Source: an uncultured Nitrospiraceae bacterium | GTDB lineage: Bacteria > Nitrospirota > Thermodesulfovibrionia > Thermodesulfovibrionales > Dissulfurispiraceae | DNA length: 51,760 nt | Reading direction: 5' to 3' | NCBI GenBank assembly: GCA_947085205.1 | Contig: CAMTVO010000019.1 | Location: 1 to 51,760, forward strand | Shown here: piece by piece, positions 1-11,852 of the stretch | Layout: each line of letters opens with the position of its first letter | Numbering within the stretch: the stretch's first letter is position 1 | The notes under the pieces: generated by a model | Told to the model about the DNA's origin: nothing | The model's input: only the letters and a program-made list of their open reading frames with translations | Databases searched by the model: none | Program-made: the position numbers and the translations under genes

Positions 1-142
1 AGAGATGGTAATGCCCGGAGACAATATAACCATGACAATAGAACTGATAGCGCCTATAGCAATGGAGAAGGAATTGAGATTTGCGATAAGAGAGGGCGGA
101 AGGACAGTAGGCGCTGGAGTCGTAACTGAGGTTTTGGAGTAA
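1..142 (+). CDS. tuf: Elongation factor Tu, C-terminal fragment (5' truncated by window)
   Basis: Frame from nt 2 reads [46 protein letters not shown], the EF-Tu C-terminus; TAA at 140-142. Confidence 0.97.
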   Translation, partial: EMVMPGDNITMTIELIAPIAMEKELRFAIREGGRTVGAGVVTEVLE

Positions 143-145
143 GCC

Positions 146-298
146 ATGAGAGACATAATACTTTTTCAGTGCACAGGGTGCAAAGACAGGAACTATTCAA
201 GCATGAAGAACAAAAAGAATACTACGGATAAGCTTCAGCTCAAGAAGTATTGCAGAAGCTGCAGAAAACATACTATGCACAAGGAGACTAAGGCATAG
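146..298 (+). CDS. rpmG: 50S ribosomal protein L33 (Zn-ribbon form)
   Basis: Manual translation [50 protein letters not shown]; two CxxC pairs; canonical tuf-rpmG-trnW-secE order. Confidence 0.96.
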   Translation: MRDIILFQCTGCKDRNYSSMKNKKNTTDKLQLKKYCRSCRKHTMHKETKA

Positions 299-302
299 AA
301 AG

Positions 303-360
303 AGTGAATAGTGTTAGTGATTTGTATCAGCAACTGACACTGTCACTAAACACTGAAACT
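303..360. repeat. Imperfect heptamer-repeat inverted repeat
   Basis: AGTGAAT/AGTGTT/AGTGA arm followed by a complementary TCACTAAACACTGAAACT arm. Confidence 0.6.
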
Positions 361-366
361 GAGAGT

Positions 367-443
367 AGGCCAGTAGCTCTAACGGCTAGAGCGTCGGACT
401 CCAAATCCGAGGGTTGGGGGTTCAAATCCCTCCTGGCCTGCCA
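367..443 (+). tRNA. trnW: tRNA-Trp(CCA)
   Basis: AGGCCAG...CTGGCCT acceptor stem, anticodon loop CT-CCA-AA, GTTCAAATCC T-arm, encoded CCA end; located between rpmG and secE. Confidence 0.97.
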
Positions 444-448
444 CTATG

Positions 449-532
449 CGAGTTATGAGTTATGGAGTTTTGAGTTCAGAGTTAAAAAGTTAAAAACTCT
501 TAACCCCTAAACTCTTAAACTCTAAACTTTTT
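449..532. repeat. Heptamer/octamer tandem-repeat inverted repeat
   Basis: (GAGTTAT)-like units followed by (AACTCTT/AACTCTA)-like units. Confidence 0.8.
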
Positions 533-545
533 AAAAGGAGAAAGG

Positions 546-731
546 ATGTTTGAGAGGATAAAGAATTTTTTCAGGGAAGTGAAGGTAGAGACGAAAAAGG
601 TCAATTACCCCTCAAAGGATGAGCTTGTAGGTTCCACATGGGTCGTTATTATAACGGTTGTGATTGTTTCCGTATTTTTGGGCATTGTGGATTTAAGTCT
701 CGCTAAAATAATTAAACTGCTCGTAAGGTAA
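546..731 (+). CDS. secE: Preprotein translocase subunit SecE
   Basis: FFREVKVETKKVNYPS motif plus one TM helix; upstream of nusG. Confidence 0.95.
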   Translation: MFERIKNFFREVKVETKKVNYPSKDELVGSTWVVIITVVIVSVFLGIVDLSLAKIIKLLVR

Positions 732-736
732 AAGAT

Positions 737-1261
737 ATGGCAAAAAACTGGTACGTTGTTCATACATATTCGGGTTTTGAAGAAAAGGTAAAGGCTTCTA
801 TAGAGGAGAAGATTAAGATCAAAGGGCTTGAAGATAAGATTACACGGATACTTATACCGACAGAGAAGGTTGTAGAACTTAAAGGCAAGAAGAAGAAAGA
901 GACGGACAGGAAATTCTATCCGGGATATATGCTGGTAGAAATGGAACTTGATGATGAGACATGGCACCTCATCAAGAATACCCTTCGCGTTACCGGCTTT
1001 GTCGGCGGCGCTAAACCTGTACCCCTTCCTGAAGAAGAGGTCGAGGTAATACTGCAGCAGCTTGAAAAGGGCCCGGTGCCGGTTGTAAAGAGCCGGTTTG
1101 AAAAGGGCGAGAGCGTCAGGATAACAGACGGTCCTTTTACAGATTTTGTAGGGTATATAGATGAGGTTGATATGGGCCACGGCAGACTGCGTGTCATGGT
1201 CAGCATATTCGGCAGGCATACGTCTGTGGAACTTTCCTTTTCACAGGCAGAAAAAGCATAA
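737..1261 (+). CDS. nusG: Transcription termination/antitermination factor NusG
   Basis: WYVVHTYSGFE NGN domain, FYPGY, KOW motif GESVRITDGPF, IFGR. Confidence 0.98.
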   Translation: MAKNWYVVHTYSGFEEKVKASIEEKIKIKGLEDKITRILIPTEKVVELKGKKKKETDRKFYPGYMLVEMELDDETWHLIKNTLRVTGFVGGAKPVPLPEEEVEVILQQLEKGPVPVVKSRFEKGESVRITDGPFTDFVGYIDEVDMGHGRLRVMVSIFGRHTSVELSFSQAEKA

Positions 1262-1263
1262 AA

Positions 1264-1320
1264 ATAAGTCATATAAGTCATATAAGACCTATATGACCTA
1301 TATGACCTATATGACTTATA
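1264..1320. repeat. 9-mer tandem/inverted repeat
   Basis: ATAAGTCAT ATAAGTCAT ATAAGACCT ATATGACCT ATATGACCT ATATGACTT; TATAAGTCATATA is the reverse complement of TATATGACTTATA. Confidence 0.85.
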
Positions 1321-1342
1321 TTTGTTTTTAGGAGGAAGATAG

Positions 1343-1771
1343 ATGGCTAAGAAAGAGATTGTAGCTCAGGTTAAGCTCGTGATACCTGCGGGAAAGGCAA
1401 ATCCGGCACCCCCTGTCGGGCCTGCTCTCGGTCCTCACGGCATCAATATAATGGAGTTCTGCAAGCAGTTTAATGCGCAGACACAGGGCATGGGCGACAC
1501 GCTGATACCTGCTGTTTTGAGCATTTATAAAGACAGGTCTTTTACCTTTATCCTTAAGACACCGCCTGCATCCGAGCTTATCAAAAAGGCAGCAGGCATC
1601 GTGAAGGGATCAAGCATTCCCAATAAGGATAAAGTTGGAACACTGACTGCTGCTCAGGTTGAAGAGATAGCAAAAACAAAGCTCCCTGACTTGAATACCA
1701 CCTCCCTTGATTCTGCAATGGATATTATTAAGGGGACAGCAAGAAGCATGGGCGTGGAAGTAAGGGAATAG
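1343..1771 (+). CDS. rplK: 50S ribosomal protein L11
   Basis: [32 protein letters not shown]. Confidence 0.99.
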   Translation: MAKKEIVAQVKLVIPAGKANPAPPVGPALGPHGINIMEFCKQFNAQTQGMGDTLIPAVLSIYKDRSFTFILKTPPASELIKKAAGIVKGSSIPNKDKVGTLTAAQVEEIAKTKLPDLNTTSLDSAMDIIKGTARSMGVEVRE

Positions 1772-1782
1772 GAGGGAAGAAT

Positions 1783-2472
1783 ATGGGCAAGAAAATGGAC
1801 GATGCAGTGTCAAAGATAGACTTAAATCAAGAGTATTCTCTGGAAGAAGCGATTGTTTTCGTTAAGGAGAGCACATTTACCAAATTCGATGAAACAGTCG
1901 ATATGGCAATAAATCTCGGCGTTGATGCAAAGAAGTCCGACCAGATGGTAAGAGGCACTGTAGTTCTTCCGTACGGCACAGGCAAAAGTGTAAGGGTATT
2001 GGTTTTTGCAAAAGGCGAGAAGGAAAAGGAGGCAAAGGATGCAGGCGCCGACTATGTTGGAGCGGAAGACCTTGTGGAAAAGATACAGCGGGGCTGGCTC
2101 GAATTCGACAAGACTGTTGCAACGCCTGACTTAATGGGACTGGTCGGAAAGTTAGGTAAAGTTCTCGGCCCGAGGGGTCTGATGCCTAATCCGAAACTCG
2201 GGACAGTCACATTCGATATTGCAAAAGCAGTAAAAGAGATAAAGGCGGGTAAGGTCGAATATAAAGTAGAAAAGGCCGGCATTGTTCATGTTCCTGTAGG
2301 AAAGGCATCTTTCGATAAAGAGAGACTCCTCGAAAACACAACGGCTATCCTGAAATCTGTTATGAGGGCGAAACCGGCGACATCGAAAGGAAAATACATA
2401 AAAAAGGTTACCATATCCTCTACGATGGGGCCTGGTATAAAGATAGACTTATCTAAGTTAAAGGTTGCATAG
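1783..2472 (+). CDS. rplA: 50S ribosomal protein L1
   Basis: [39 protein letters not shown]. Confidence 0.99.
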   Translation: MGKKMDDAVSKIDLNQEYSLEEAIVFVKESTFTKFDETVDMAINLGVDAKKSDQMVRGTVVLPYGTGKSVRVLVFAKGEKEKEAKDAGADYVGAEDLVEKIQRGWLEFDKTVATPDLMGLVGKLGKVLGPRGLMPNPKLGTVTFDIAKAVKEIKAGKVEYKVEKAGIVHVPVGKASFDKERLLENTTAILKSVMRAKPATSKGKYIKKVTISSTMGPGIKIDLSKLKVA

Positions 2473-2494
2473 CAGGCATTGCCTGAATTTAAAG

Positions 2495-2690
2495 ATGTCA
2501 GAGACAGTAGGTACAAATTAGTGAATAGTGAATAGTCAAAAGACTAAATCCTACTCACTAAAAACAATTCACGTGTTTAATGGGGTTGCCCCACCTACCG
2601 AGACAGAGATGTTTAACTGAATTTTAAGTGTTTTAATTTTACTAAACACTGTTCACTAATCACTAAACACTGTTTTCGAGGTCTCTGGGA
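2495..2690 (+). promoter_or_regulatory. L10 leader (autoregulatory RNA upstream of rplJ) carrying repeat insertions
   Basis: GTCAGAGACAGTAGGT...TTAAT...CCTACCGAGAC matches the L10-leader core; CAGAGAT(2604) pairs with GTCTCTG(2681); located between rplA and rplJ. Confidence 0.8.
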
Positions 2691-2704
2691 AAGGAGGAAG
2701 GAAT

Positions 2705-3226
2705 CTGATTACCAAGGAAAAGAAATCCCAACAGATAGCAGAACTATCGGAGCAGTTCTCGAAATCAAAGGCGGTCGTCCTCACGGCGTATAAGGGACTT
2801 ACTGTCGCAGAGATTGCAGAACTGAGAAGGGTCTTAAAGGGAGTCGGCGCTGAGTATAAGGTCGTTAAGAATACTCTGTGCAGTATTGCGGCAAAAGGCA
2901 CTCCTGTTGAACCGGCAGAAGACCTGTTTGTCGGCCCGATAGGCATTACCTTTGGTTTCGAAGACCCGATTGCCGCAGCTAAGAAGTTACTTGAGTACGC
3001 CGATAAGAATGAAAAGTTCAAGATTAAAAGCGGCGTTATCGAGGGTAGGCTTTGCACGACGGCGGATATTAGGGCCATGTCGAAGCTACCGCCCAGAAGT
3101 GTGCTTCTTGGTATGCTGGCAGGCACAATGCAGGCGCCTGCTTCAAAACTGGCCGCTGCATTGAATGCTACCCTTTCGCAGTTTGCATATGCACTGGAAG
3201 CATTGAAAAACAAAAAAAGCTCATAA
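2705..3226 (+). CDS. rplJ: 50S ribosomal protein L10 (probable CTG start; missed by ORF track)
   Basis: Frame reads (M)ITKEKKSQQIAELSEQFSKSKAVVLTAYKGLTVAEIAELRRVLKGVGAEYKVVKNTL...; GGAGG at 2693-2697, 7 nt before CTG; in-frame TAA at 2657; stop at 3224-3226. Confidence 0.95.
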   Translation: MITKEKKSQQIAELSEQFSKSKAVVLTAYKGLTVAEIAELRRVLKGVGAEYKVVKNTLCSIAAKGTPVEPAEDLFVGPIGITFGFEDPIAAAKKLLEYADKNEKFKIKSGVIEGRLCTTADIRAMSKLPPRSVLLGMLAGTMQAPASKLAAALNATLSQFAYALEALKNKKSS

Positions 3227-3242
3227 AGGAGGATAAAGTAAA

Positions 3243-3626
3243 ATGGCAGTTACAAAGGAAGATGTTTTTGGTTTTATCGATAATATGACAATCCTCGAGA
3301 TGTCGCAGTTTATCAAGGAATTCGAAGAGAGGTACGGCGTCACAGCAGCCGCACCCGTTGCTGTTGTTGCAGCGCCTGTTGCAGCAGGCGCGCCTGCAGC
3401 CGCCGCAGAGGAAAAGACAAGCTTTGACGTAATCCTTGCATCAGTAGGAGACAAGAAAATTCAGGTGATTAAGGTGGTAAGGGAGATCACAGGACTCGGA
3501 CTTAAAGAGGCAAAAGATCTCGTTGACGGAGCGCCAAAGCCGCTTAAGACCGGAGTTTCAAAAGAAGAGGCGGATGCAATGAAGGCAAAATTAGAGGTAG
3601 AAGGAGCAAAGGTAGAGATAAAATAA
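3243..3626 (+). CDS. rplL: 50S ribosomal protein L7/L12
   Basis: Ala-rich hinge, [25 protein letters not shown]. Confidence 0.99.
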   Translation: MAVTKEDVFGFIDNMTILEMSQFIKEFEERYGVTAAAPVAVVAAPVAAGAPAAAAEEKTSFDVILASVGDKKIQVIKVVREITGLGLKEAKDLVDGAPKPLKTGVSKEEADAMKAKLEVEGAKVEIK

Positions 3627-3630
3627 AGAC

Positions 3631-3706
3631 AGGCAATGGGCACGAGGCGAAAGGCAATAGGGCTAACAGTTGTTTCCTATTGCCTATAGCCTATAGCCTA
3701 TAACCT
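3631..3706. repeat. Heptamer-repeat inverted repeat between rplL and rpoB
   Basis: AGGCAAT/GGGCACG/AGGCGAA/AGGCAAT arm versus CCTATTG/CCTATAG/CCTATAG/CCTATAA arm. Confidence 0.8.
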
Positions 3707-3721
3707 TTTAGAAGGAGAGAC

Positions 3722-6700
3722 ATGGCAAAGCTTTTAAGGGAGAGGTTGAATTTCGGCAAGGTGCCGCCTATATTGGAGGTGCCTTACCTTGTAGAGTTTC
3801 AGAAGAGGTCTTTTGAGAGGTTTCTGCAAAAAGACATTTCCGCGGACAAGCGCACAGACGAAGGACTGCAGGCTGCTTTCGACAGCGTTTTCCCGGTAAC
3901 CGATTACAATGATACCGCAGCAATAGAATTTATTTCATACGCGCTCGGAGAGCCGAAGATGACACCGAGGGAGTGTCTTCTTAAGGGCTTGAATTATGCC
4001 GCGCCGCTCAAGATAAAGGTCAGACTCAATGTTTACGAAAAGGACGAGAAGGGGAAAAAGATATTAAAAGAATCAAGAGAGCAGGAAGTCTATATAGGCG
4101 ACATGCCTGTTATGACAGAGACGGGCAGCTTTATCATAAATGGCACTGAAAGGGTAATTGTAAGCCAACTTCACCGTTCACCAGGAGTTTATTTTGCTCC
4201 GGATAAGGGCAAGACACATGCAAGCGGAAGGCTTTTATATACAGCAAGAGTAATTCCAGTAAGAGGCTCATGGCTGGATTTCGAATTCGACTCAAAGGAT
4301 ATACTCTATGTGAGGATCGACAGGCGCAGGAAACTGCCTGCGACTATTGTTCTGAAGGCGCTCGGCTATTCCAATGAAGACCTTCTCAAGACCTTTTATC
4401 CTGCCGAGGAAATCAAGATAAAAGACAAAGAGCATTACACCAGAATGGTGAGTGATGTCCTTGCCGGCATCAGAACTAAAAACAACATCGTCGCTCCTGA
4501 TACAAAAGAGATTATTGTGAAGGAAGGAAGCAGGATAACAAAGGTTGCCCTCAAGAAGATGGAGGCTGCCGGCATAAAGGAGATACCCATGCCAAGGAGC
4601 GAGATCATTGGTAGGGTGACCCTGAAAGATATAGTGGATCCTTCAACCGGAGAGATAATCATAGATGGGAACAAGGAGATTACAGAGGAGATATTCCATA
4701 AGATACTCTCCCTTAAGATAGATGCACTGCATCTGCTCTTTATCGACAATGTCAATTATCTCCCTTCTTTCAGGGAGACCCTTCTTACGGACAAGGTGGC
4801 AACACAGGAGGATGCATTAAAGGAGATTTACAAGAAACTCAGGCCAGGCGAACCTGCGACTGCTGCGGCATCGCGCGAACTCTTTTCAGGTCTCTTCTTT
4901 GATCCAAAGAGATACGACCTGTCGCCTGTCGGAAGATTGAAGGTGAACGAAAAACTCGGACTCGATACGCCTCTTGATGTCAGGGTTTTAACAGACAAGG
5001 ATATTGTCGAAATAGTCCGTTATCTCTTAAACCTGAGGACAGGAAAAGGTGAGATGGATGATATCGACCACCTTGGTAATAGGAGGATAAGGGGTATAGG
5101 CGAGTTGCTCGAAAACCAGTTCAGGATAGGGCTTGTGCGCATGGAAAGGGCCATAAGGGAGAAGATGACCCTCACCGAACTCGATACAGCAATGCCCCAT
5201 GACCTTATAAATGCAAAGCCTGTAATGGCTGCTGTTAAGGAATTCTTCGGCTCAAGCCAGTTGAGCCAGTTCATGGACCAGACAAACCCGTTGTCTGAGA
5301 TAACGCATAAGAGAAGGCTTTCAGCGCTTGGTCCAGGCGGACTCACAAGGGAGCGGGCCGGCTTCGAGGTCAGAGACGTTCATCCTACTCATTACGGAAG
5401 GATATGTCCTGTCGAGACGCCTGAAGGTCCGAATATCGGACTTATAACATCTCTTGCATCCTATGCAAAGATTAACGACTTCGGTTTTATAGAGGCTCCT
5501 TACAGAAAGGTTGTAAATGGTCGCGTTACAGGAGAGGTAGAGTACCTCTCTGCCATAGATAGCGAGAACTACATAATTGCAGAGGCCACATCACCTGTTG
5601 ATAAGAGAGGCAATCTCCTTGGAGAGGCTGTTTCAGCAAGGGTTGGCGGTGATTTTAAGATGGTATCTCCTGAAGAAGTGCAGTACATGGACGTTTCACC
5701 AAAACAGATAGTCGGTGTTTCTGCCTCGGTGATACCATTTCTTGAAAATGACGACGCAAACAGGGCATTGATGGGATCCAACATGCAGAGACAGGCAGTT
5801 CCGCTGCTCAGACCGGACGCACCTGTTGTTGGAACAGGCATGGAGCATGTTGCTGCAAGGGATTCCGGATGGCTTAGCATCGCAAAGAGGGCTGGAATTG
5901 TTGAGAGCGTTGACGCATCGAGAATTGTTGTCAGGGTTAAAGAGGACGGAGGCGGAGTCGATATATACAGTCTCGTTAAGTTCCAGCGCTCCAATCAGGG
6001 TACATGCATGAACCAGAAACCGATCGTCAATACAGGAGACAGGGTCGAGCGCGGAGACGTGCTGGCTGACGGTCCTTCCACTGATTTAGGAGAACTGGCC
6101 CTCGGAAAGAATGTTATTGTCGCTTTCATGCCTTGGGGAGGATATAACTTTGAGGACGCAATCCTTTTAAGCGAAAGGCTTGTGAAGGATGATGTTTATA
6201 CATCCATACATGTCGAGGAGTTTGATGTTGAGGCAAGGGATACAAAGCTCGGGCCAGAGGAGATTACAAGGGATATCCCTAATGTAGGCGAGGAGGCGCT
6301 TAAAGACCTCGACGAAAGTGGAATAATCAGGATAGGCGCTGAAGTGAAGGCAGGGGATATACTCGTCGGCAAAGTAACTCCAAAAGGAGAGACAATGCTC
6401 ACACCGGAAGAGAAACTCCTGAGAGCGATATTCGGCGAGAAAGCAGAAGAGGTAAAGGAGAGCTGCCTGTACGTGCCTCCGGGAATTGAGGGGACGGTTG
6501 TCGACGTTAGAATCCTCTCAAGAAAGGGCGTTGAAAAGGACGAAAGAACAAAGAGCATAGAAGAAGACAACATAAACGAACTCCAGAGGGATTTAGAGGA
6601 CGAGATAAAGATTCTCAGAGAAGAGAAGACAGTCAGGATAAGAAAGCTCTTGGTTGGACAAAAGGTGTCGGACGATGTAAGGGATTCCAAGACAAAAGAG

Positions 6701-7660
6701 GTTGTATGCCCTAAAGGCAAAAAGCTTACAGAAGCACATCTGAGCAGGGTCAAAGACGATTATCTGATGAGGATAAAGATTGACGATGTTGATGTAAGAA
6801 ACAAGATAGAAGAGGTTAACGGCGAAATAAACCAGTACATAAAATACCTTGAAACCCGCTACCACGAAAGAATCGAGAGGGTTAAAAAGGGAGATGAACT
6901 GCTGCCGGGCGTGAACAAGGTCGTCAAGGCATACATCGCGATGAAGAGGAAGATTCAGGTCGGCGACAAGATGGCTGGCCGCCACGGTAACAAGGGTGTC
7001 GTTTCGATGGTGCTGCCTGAAGAGGATATGCCGTATCTGCCTGACGGCACACCTGTTGATATAGTTTTAAATCCGCTCGGAGTTCCTTCGAGAATGAACG
7101 TGGGACAGATACTTGAGACACATTTAGGATGGGCTGCAATGGCGCTCGGCCTGTATGTCTCAACACCTGTATTTGAGGGAGCAAAAGAGAAGGAAATTAA
7201 AGAACTTTTGAAGAAGGCTGGACTTCCGACATCAGGACAGATAACTCTTTATGATGGAAGGACAGGAGAGTCTTTCAAGCGTCCGGTAACGGTCGGATGC
7301 ATGTATATGCTGAAACTCCACCACCTTGTTGCAGACAAGATACACGCGCGTTCTATCGGACCATACTCGCTTGTCACTCAGCAGCCTCTCGGCGGTAAGG
7401 CGCAGTTCGGCGGACAGAGGCTTGGAGAGATGGAGGTCTGGGCACTGGAGGCGTACGGCGCTGCACATACGCTGCAGGAGTTTTTAACAGTAAAGAGCGA
7501 TGACATCAGTGGAAGGTCTCGCATGTATGAGGCCATTGTGAAGGGAGACCCCGTGCTTGAGCCGGGTATTCCCGAATCATTCCATGTATTAATAAAAGAG
7601 CTCCAGAGCCTTGGCCTCGATGTCGAGCTTCTGGAGAAAAAGAGAAGCAGGGAGGAATAG
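3722..7660 (+). CDS. rpoB: DNA-directed RNA polymerase subunit beta
   Basis: [65 protein letters not shown]. Confidence 0.99.
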   Translation: MAKLLRERLNFGKVPPILEVPYLVEFQKRSFERFLQKDISADKRTDEGLQAAFDSVFPVTDYNDTAAIEFISYALGEPKMTPRECLLKGLNYAAPLKIKVRLNVYEKDEKGKKILKESREQEVYIGDMPVMTETGSFIINGTERVIVSQLHRSPGVYFAPDKGKTHASGRLLYTARVIPVRGSWLDFEFDSKDILYVRIDRRRKLPATIVLKALGYSNEDLLKTFYPAEEIKIKDKEHYTRMVSDVLAGIRTKNNIVAPDTKEIIVKEGSRITKVALKKMEAAGIKEIPMPRSEIIGRVTLKDIVDPSTGEIIIDGNKEITEEIFHKILSLKIDALHLLFIDNVNYLPSFRETLLTDKVATQEDALKEIYKKLRPGEPATAAASRELFSGLFFDPKRYDLSPVGRLKVNEKLGLDTPLDVRVLTDKDIVEIVRYLLNLRTGKGEMDDIDHLGNRRIRGIGELLENQFRIGLVRMERAIREKMTLTELDTAMPHDLINAKPVMAAVKEFFGSSQLSQFMDQTNPLSEITHKRRLSALGPGGLTRERAGFEVRDVHPTHYGRICPVETPEGPNIGLITSLASYAKINDFGFIEAPYRKVVNGRVTGEVEYLSAIDSENYIIAEATSPVDKRGNLLGEAVSARVGGDFKMVSPEEVQYMDVSPKQIVGVSASVIPFLENDDANRALMGSNMQRQAVPLLRPDAPVVGTGMEHVAARDSGWLSIAKRAGIVESVDASRIVVRVKEDGGGVDIYSLVKFQRSNQGTCMNQKPIVNTGDRVERGDVLADGPSTDLGELALGKNVIVAFMPWGGYNFEDAILLSERLVKDDVYTSIHVEEFDVEARDTKLGPEEITRDIPNVGEEALKDLDESGIIRIGAEVKAGDILVGKVTPKGETMLTPEEKLLRAIFGEKAEEVKESCLYVPPGIEGTVVDVRILSRKGVEKDERTKSIEEDNINELQRDLEDEIKILREEKTVRIRKLLVGQKVSDDVRDSKTKEVVCPKGKKLTEAHLSRVKDDYLMRIKIDDVDVRNKIEEVNGEINQYIKYLETRYHERIERVKKGDELLPGVNKVVKAYIAMKRKIQVGDKMAGRHGNKGVVSMVLPEEDMPYLPDGTPVDIVLNPLGVPSRMNVGQILETHLGWAAMALGLYVSTPVFEGAKEKEIKELLKKAGLPTSGQITLYDGRTGESFKRPVTVGCMYMLKLHHLVADKIHARSIGPYSLVTQQPLGGKAQFGGQRLGEMEVWALEAYGAAHTLQEFLTVKSDDISGRSRMYEAIVKGDPVLEPGIPESFHVLIKELQSLGLDVELLEKKRSREE

Positions 7661-7661
7661 A

Positions 7662-10600
7662 TTGGTAGAAGACATTTATGCCCTTTTTCAGAAGCCTAAA
7701 AATCCGAGAGATTTCGATGCCATAAGGATAAAGTTAGCATCCCCGGGAAAGATAAGGGAATGGTCTCACGGAGAGGTGAAAAAGCCGGAGACCATAAACT
7801 ACCGCACATTCAAGCCTGAGCATGACGGCCTTTTCTGCGCAAAGATATTCGGCCCTGTGAAGGACTGGGAGTGCCTCTGCGGCAAGTACAAGAGGATGAA
7901 GCACAGGGGCGTCATCTGCGACAAATGCGGCGTTGAAGTTATCCAGTCAAAGGTCAGGCGCGAGAGGATGGGACATATCGAGCTTGCAACCCCTGTTGCA
8001 CATATATGGTTTTTGAGAGGGGTCCCGAGCAGGATAGGAACGCTCCTTGATATGACTGTAAGGCAGCTCGAGAGGGTTCTCTATTTTGAAGAATATATCG
8101 TAATTGATGCAGGGGATACTCCCCTAAAGGAAAAGGAACTCCTTTCTGATGATGAATACAAGAAAAAGCTTTCGGAATTCGGCAGCAGGTTCAAGGCAGG
8201 CATGGGTGCTGAGGCTGTAAGGGAGCTTTTAAAGAAGGTCGATTTAGAGGCACTGGCAAAGGAGTTAAAGGGAAAGATAGATGCCGTATCATCTCTCGGC
8301 ATTAAGAAGAAGCTTACAAAGAGGTTGAAAATAGTAGAGGCGTTTATAAAGTCCGGCAACAGGCCTGCCTGGATGATACTGGATATAGTTCCTGTGCTTC
8401 CTCCTGATTTGAGGCCTCTTGTTCCGCTTGACGGCGGCCGTTTTGCGACATCTGACCTCAATGACCTTTACAGGAGGGTCATAAACAGGAACAACAGGCT
8501 CAAGAGGCTGATGGAGCTTAAGGCCCCGAGCGTCATAATAAAGAATGAGAAGAGGATGCTTCAGGAGGCTGTGGATGCCCTTTTCGACAACAGCAAGAAA
8601 ACAAAGGTATTGAAGGCTGGAGGCAAGAGGGCGCTCAAGTCCCTGAGCGACATGATAAAAGGAAAGCAAGGACGTTTCAGGCAGAACCTGCTGGGCAAGA
8701 GGGTGGACTATTCAGGCCGTTCGGTTATCGTTGTCGGCCCCGAGCTTCAGCTTAACCAGTGCGGACTGCCGAAACGTATGGCCCTCGAGCTTTTCAAACC
8801 GTTTGTTTTCAATAAGCTTGAGGAAAAAGGGTATGCGACTACAATCAAGCAGGCAAAGAGACTTGTCGAAAAAGAGACACCAGAGGTATGGGATGTCCTT
8901 GAGGACGTCATCCATGAGCACCCAGTCCTCTTAAACCGTGCACCAACCCTCCACAGGCTTGGTATACAGGCATTCGATCCCATACTTGTCGAGGGCAAGG
9001 CGATAAAGCTTCACCCGCTTGTATGCACTGCATTCAATGCGGACTTCGATGGAGACCAGATGGCTGTCCATGTACCTCTCTCCATGGAGGCTCAGATAGA
9101 GGCAAGGGTGCTTATGCTTTCTGTGAACAACCTCCTTTCTCCGGCAAGCGGCAAGCCGGTTGTAGTGCCTACGCAAGATATGGTTCTGGGCATATATTAT
9201 CTGACAAAGCAGAAAATCGGCGACAGAGGAGAAGGAAAGGTCTTTGCAGACCCGGAGGATGTGCGCGTGGCTTATGACTCGGGAATTGTCGAAGAACATG
9301 CATCTATAAAAGTCAGGATGAACAGAGAATTTGTCGAGACAACAGCAGGCCGTATCATTTTCAGCGAAATACTTCCAAAGAGTATTCCATTTTCGATGGT
9401 CAACAAGGAATTGACCAAGAAGGAACTCGGCAAGCTCATAGAGTACATACACAAGACTCTTGGCAAAAGGGAGACAGTTGTGTTCCTGAATAATCTTGAG
9501 AGACTGGGTTTTGGTTATGCAACCAGATCTGGAATCTCCATATGCATTGATGATATGCATGTCCCGACAAAGAAGATGGAACTGATAAAAGAAGCAGAGC
9601 AGGAGGTTATGGAGGTTCAGAGGCAGTATGCGGACGGTCTCATAACACAGGGCGAGAGATACAACAAGGTTATTGACATATGGGCAAACGTAACCGAAAG
9701 GGTTGCAGATGAGATGATGAAGGAGCTTGGCGCCGAAGACGGCAAACCCCTTTCAGAGGAGGATTTGAAGGAGAGAAGGTTATTCAATAATATTTTTATG
9801 ATGGCAGACTCTGGAGCAAGGGGAAGCACTGCACAGATAAGACAGCTTGCAGGTATGAGAGGCCTGATGGCAAAGCCTTCAGGCGAAATTATAGAGACGC
9901 CGATTACCGCAAACTTCAGAGAAGGACTTACTCCTTTGCAGTACTTTATCTCTACACACGGAGCAAGAAAGGGTCTTGCTGATACGGCATTGAAGACCGC
10001 TAATGCAGGATACCTGACAAGGAGGCTCGTTGATGTCGCACAGGATGTCATCCTGATAGAGTATGATTGCGGGACAAAGGAAGGAATAGTGGTTACGGCT
10101 CTTATCGAGGGCGGTGAAATAATCCAGCCCTTAGAAGAGAGGATATTCGGAAGAACTCTGGCCGAGACCCTGAAAGACCCGATTACCAATGAAACAATTG
10201 CAACAAGGAATCAGGAGATAGACGATGAACTTGCAAAGAAGATTGTGGATGCCGGAATTGACAGGGTTAAAATAAGGTCTGTATTTATCTGTAACTCAAA
10301 AATAGGCGTCTGTGCAAAATGTTATGGAAGGGACCTTGCAAGAGGCGAGGCGATAGAGATAGGAGAAGCTATCGGAATTATCGCTGCCCAATCCATCGGC
10401 GAACCTGGAACACAGCTTACAATGAGGACATTCCATATCGGCGGTGCGGCAACAAAGGTTATCGAGCAGGCAACACTTCAGCCAAAGAACTCCGGTTATG
10501 TGAAGTTCATAGACCTCAATGCAGTTAAAAATAAAGAAGGTATCCTCATTGTACTCAACAGGAATGCAATGATTGCTATCGTTGATAAGTCCGGCAGGGA

Positions 10601-11771
10601 AAAAGAGAAGTACAACCTCGTTTACGGCGCAAGGATATTTGCTGAGGACGGGCAGAAGATAGAGGCTGGTCAGCGCTTGGTTGAGTGGGACCCTTATTCT
10701 ACGCCGATATTGACAGAAATAGGCGGTAAGATAGCCCTTGGAGATATATCGGAGGGAGTTACAGTCAAGGAAGAGGTGGACGAGACTACAGGCCTTGCCC
10801 ATAAGGTTATTATCGATTATCCGGCAAACATGAGACCGAGGGTGTCCATAAAGGACGATCACGGAAGGACTGGAAAGATTCCGGGAACAAACAATCTTGC
10901 AAGATACCTGCTGCCTTCAGGAGCCCACCTGCTTGTTGATAAAGGCGATGTTGTAATGCCTGGCGATATCCTCGCTAAGATACCGAGGGAAACGACAAAG
11001 ACAAAGGATATCACAGGAGGCCTCCCGAGGGTCGCAGAGCTCTTTGAGGCAAGAAAGCCTAAGGAGCAGGCGATAGTTACAGAGATAGACGGAATCGTCG
11101 AGTTCAGAGGCGCCCATAAAGGAATGAGAGTTGTTGTTGTAAAAGGCGGAGAGGAATCCAGAGAATACCTGATTCCAAAAGGCAAGCATGTCACTGTTCA
11201 TGAAGGCGACTGGGTCAAGGCTGGTGAGCCTTTGATGGACGGCGCTGTGAACCCGCACAGCATACTCGACATACTCGGACCAAAGGAGCTTCAGAGGTAT
11301 CTTGTGGATGAAGTTCAGAAGGTTTACAGGCTGCAGGGTGTTTCGATAAACGATAAGCATATAGAGGTAATAGTCCGGCAGATGATGAGGAAGGTGCGCA
11401 TCGAGGAAACCGGAGATACGTCGTTTCTCATCGGAGACGAAGTCGATAGGATGACATTTACTGAAGAGAACGAAAGGGTAAGGGCCGAAGGCGGTAAGGC
11501 TGCAAGGGGCAGGCCTATGCTTCTCGGCATCACAAAGGCATCTCTGGCTACCGAGAGCTGGGTATCTGCAGCATCATTCCAGGAAACAACAAGGGTTCTC
11601 ACAGAAGCTGCACTGGGCGGCTCTGTGGATGATCTCAGGGGATTAAAAGAGAATGTGATAATGGGAAGGGTCGTCCCTGCCGGTACAGGCATGCCTGTGT
11701 ACAGGGAGACCTTTATCAAGGGCGACTTCTACTCGATGCAGCTTGAGCACAAAGAGGCTGAGACTGAATAG
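7662..11771 (+). CDS. rpoC: DNA-directed RNA polymerase subunit beta' (probable TTG start at 7662)
   Basis: Catalytic NADFDGD motif, N-terminal Zn finger, [14 protein letters not shown] at 7651-7655 precedes TTG at 7662. Confidence 0.99.
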   Translation: MVEDIYALFQKPKNPRDFDAIRIKLASPGKIREWSHGEVKKPETINYRTFKPEHDGLFCAKIFGPVKDWECLCGKYKRMKHRGVICDKCGVEVIQSKVRRERMGHIELATPVAHIWFLRGVPSRIGTLLDMTVRQLERVLYFEEYIVIDAGDTPLKEKELLSDDEYKKKLSEFGSRFKAGMGAEAVRELLKKVDLEALAKELKGKIDAVSSLGIKKKLTKRLKIVEAFIKSGNRPAWMILDIVPVLPPDLRPLVPLDGGRFATSDLNDLYRRVINRNNRLKRLMELKAPSVIIKNEKRMLQEAVDALFDNSKKTKVLKAGGKRALKSLSDMIKGKQGRFRQNLLGKRVDYSGRSVIVVGPELQLNQCGLPKRMALELFKPFVFNKLEEKGYATTIKQAKRLVEKETPEVWDVLEDVIHEHPVLLNRAPTLHRLGIQAFDPILVEGKAIKLHPLVCTAFNADFDGDQMAVHVPLSMEAQIEARVLMLSVNNLLSPASGKPVVVPTQDMVLGIYYLTKQKIGDRGEGKVFADPEDVRVAYDSGIVEEHASIKVRMNREFVETTAGRIIFSEILPKSIPFSMVNKELTKKELGKLIEYIHKTLGKRETVVFLNNLERLGFGYATRSGISICIDDMHVPTKKMELIKEAEQEVMEVQRQYADGLITQGERYNKVIDIWANVTERVADEMMKELGAEDGKPLSEEDLKERRLFNNIFMMADSGARGSTAQIRQLAGMRGLMAKPSGEIIETPITANFREGLTPLQYFISTHGARKGLADTALKTANAGYLTRRLVDVAQDVILIEYDCGTKEGIVVTALIEGGEIIQPLEERIFGRTLAETLKDPITNETIATRNQEIDDELAKKIVDAGIDRVKIRSVFICNSKIGVCAKCYGRDLARGEAIEIGEAIGIIAAQSIGEPGTQLTMRTFHIGGAATKVIEQATLQPKNSGYVKFIDLNAVKNKEGILIVLNRNAMIAIVDKSGREKEKYNLVYGARIFAEDGQKIEAGQRLVEWDPYSTPILTEIGGKIALGDISEGVTVKEEVDETTGLAHKVIIDYPANMRPRVSIKDDHGRTGKIPGTNNLARYLLPSGAHLLVDKGDVVMPGDILAKIPRETTKTKDITGGLPRVAELFEARKPKEQAIVTEIDGIVEFRGAHKGMRVVVVKGGEESREYLIPKGKHVTVHEGDWVKAGEPLMDGAVNPHSILDILGPKELQRYLVDEVQKVYRLQGVSINDKHIEVIVRQMMRKVRIEETGDTSFLIGDEVDRMTFTEENERVRAEGGKAARGRPMLLGITKASLATESWVSAASFQETTRVLTEAALGGSVDDLRGLKENVIMGRVVPAGTGMPVYRETFIKGDFYSMQLEHKEAETE

Positions 11772-11793
11772 AAGCATATAGGACAAAACATTG

Positions 11794-11827
11794 AAAGGGG
11801 TCATGGGCATAACCCATGGCCCCTTTT
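11794..11827 (+). terminator. Intrinsic terminator after rpoC
   Basis: AAAGGGGTCATGGG-CATAA-CCCATGGCCCCTTTT hairpin followed by T-rich tract. Confidence 0.85.
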
Positions 11828-11852
11828 GTTTTGAATGTGATAAACTTAATAT

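Noticed and set aside
304..510. 68-aa ORF in the ORF track
   Set aside because: Runs through tRNA-Trp and two repeat hairpins; no protein features
449..532. Short-period repeat arrays as a CRISPR array
   Set aside because: Units are 7-10 nt, contiguous and have no unique spacers; no cas genes in the window
2656..3213. 185-aa minus-strand ORF and 70-aa plus-strand ORF (2952..3164); also rplJ as a pseudogene
   Set aside because: Both are shadows of rplJ, whose frame is intact from 2705 to 3226
7611..7661. Extended rpoC N-terminus
   Set aside because: Overlaps rpoB by 50 nt; TTG 7662 has a well-spaced GGAGG
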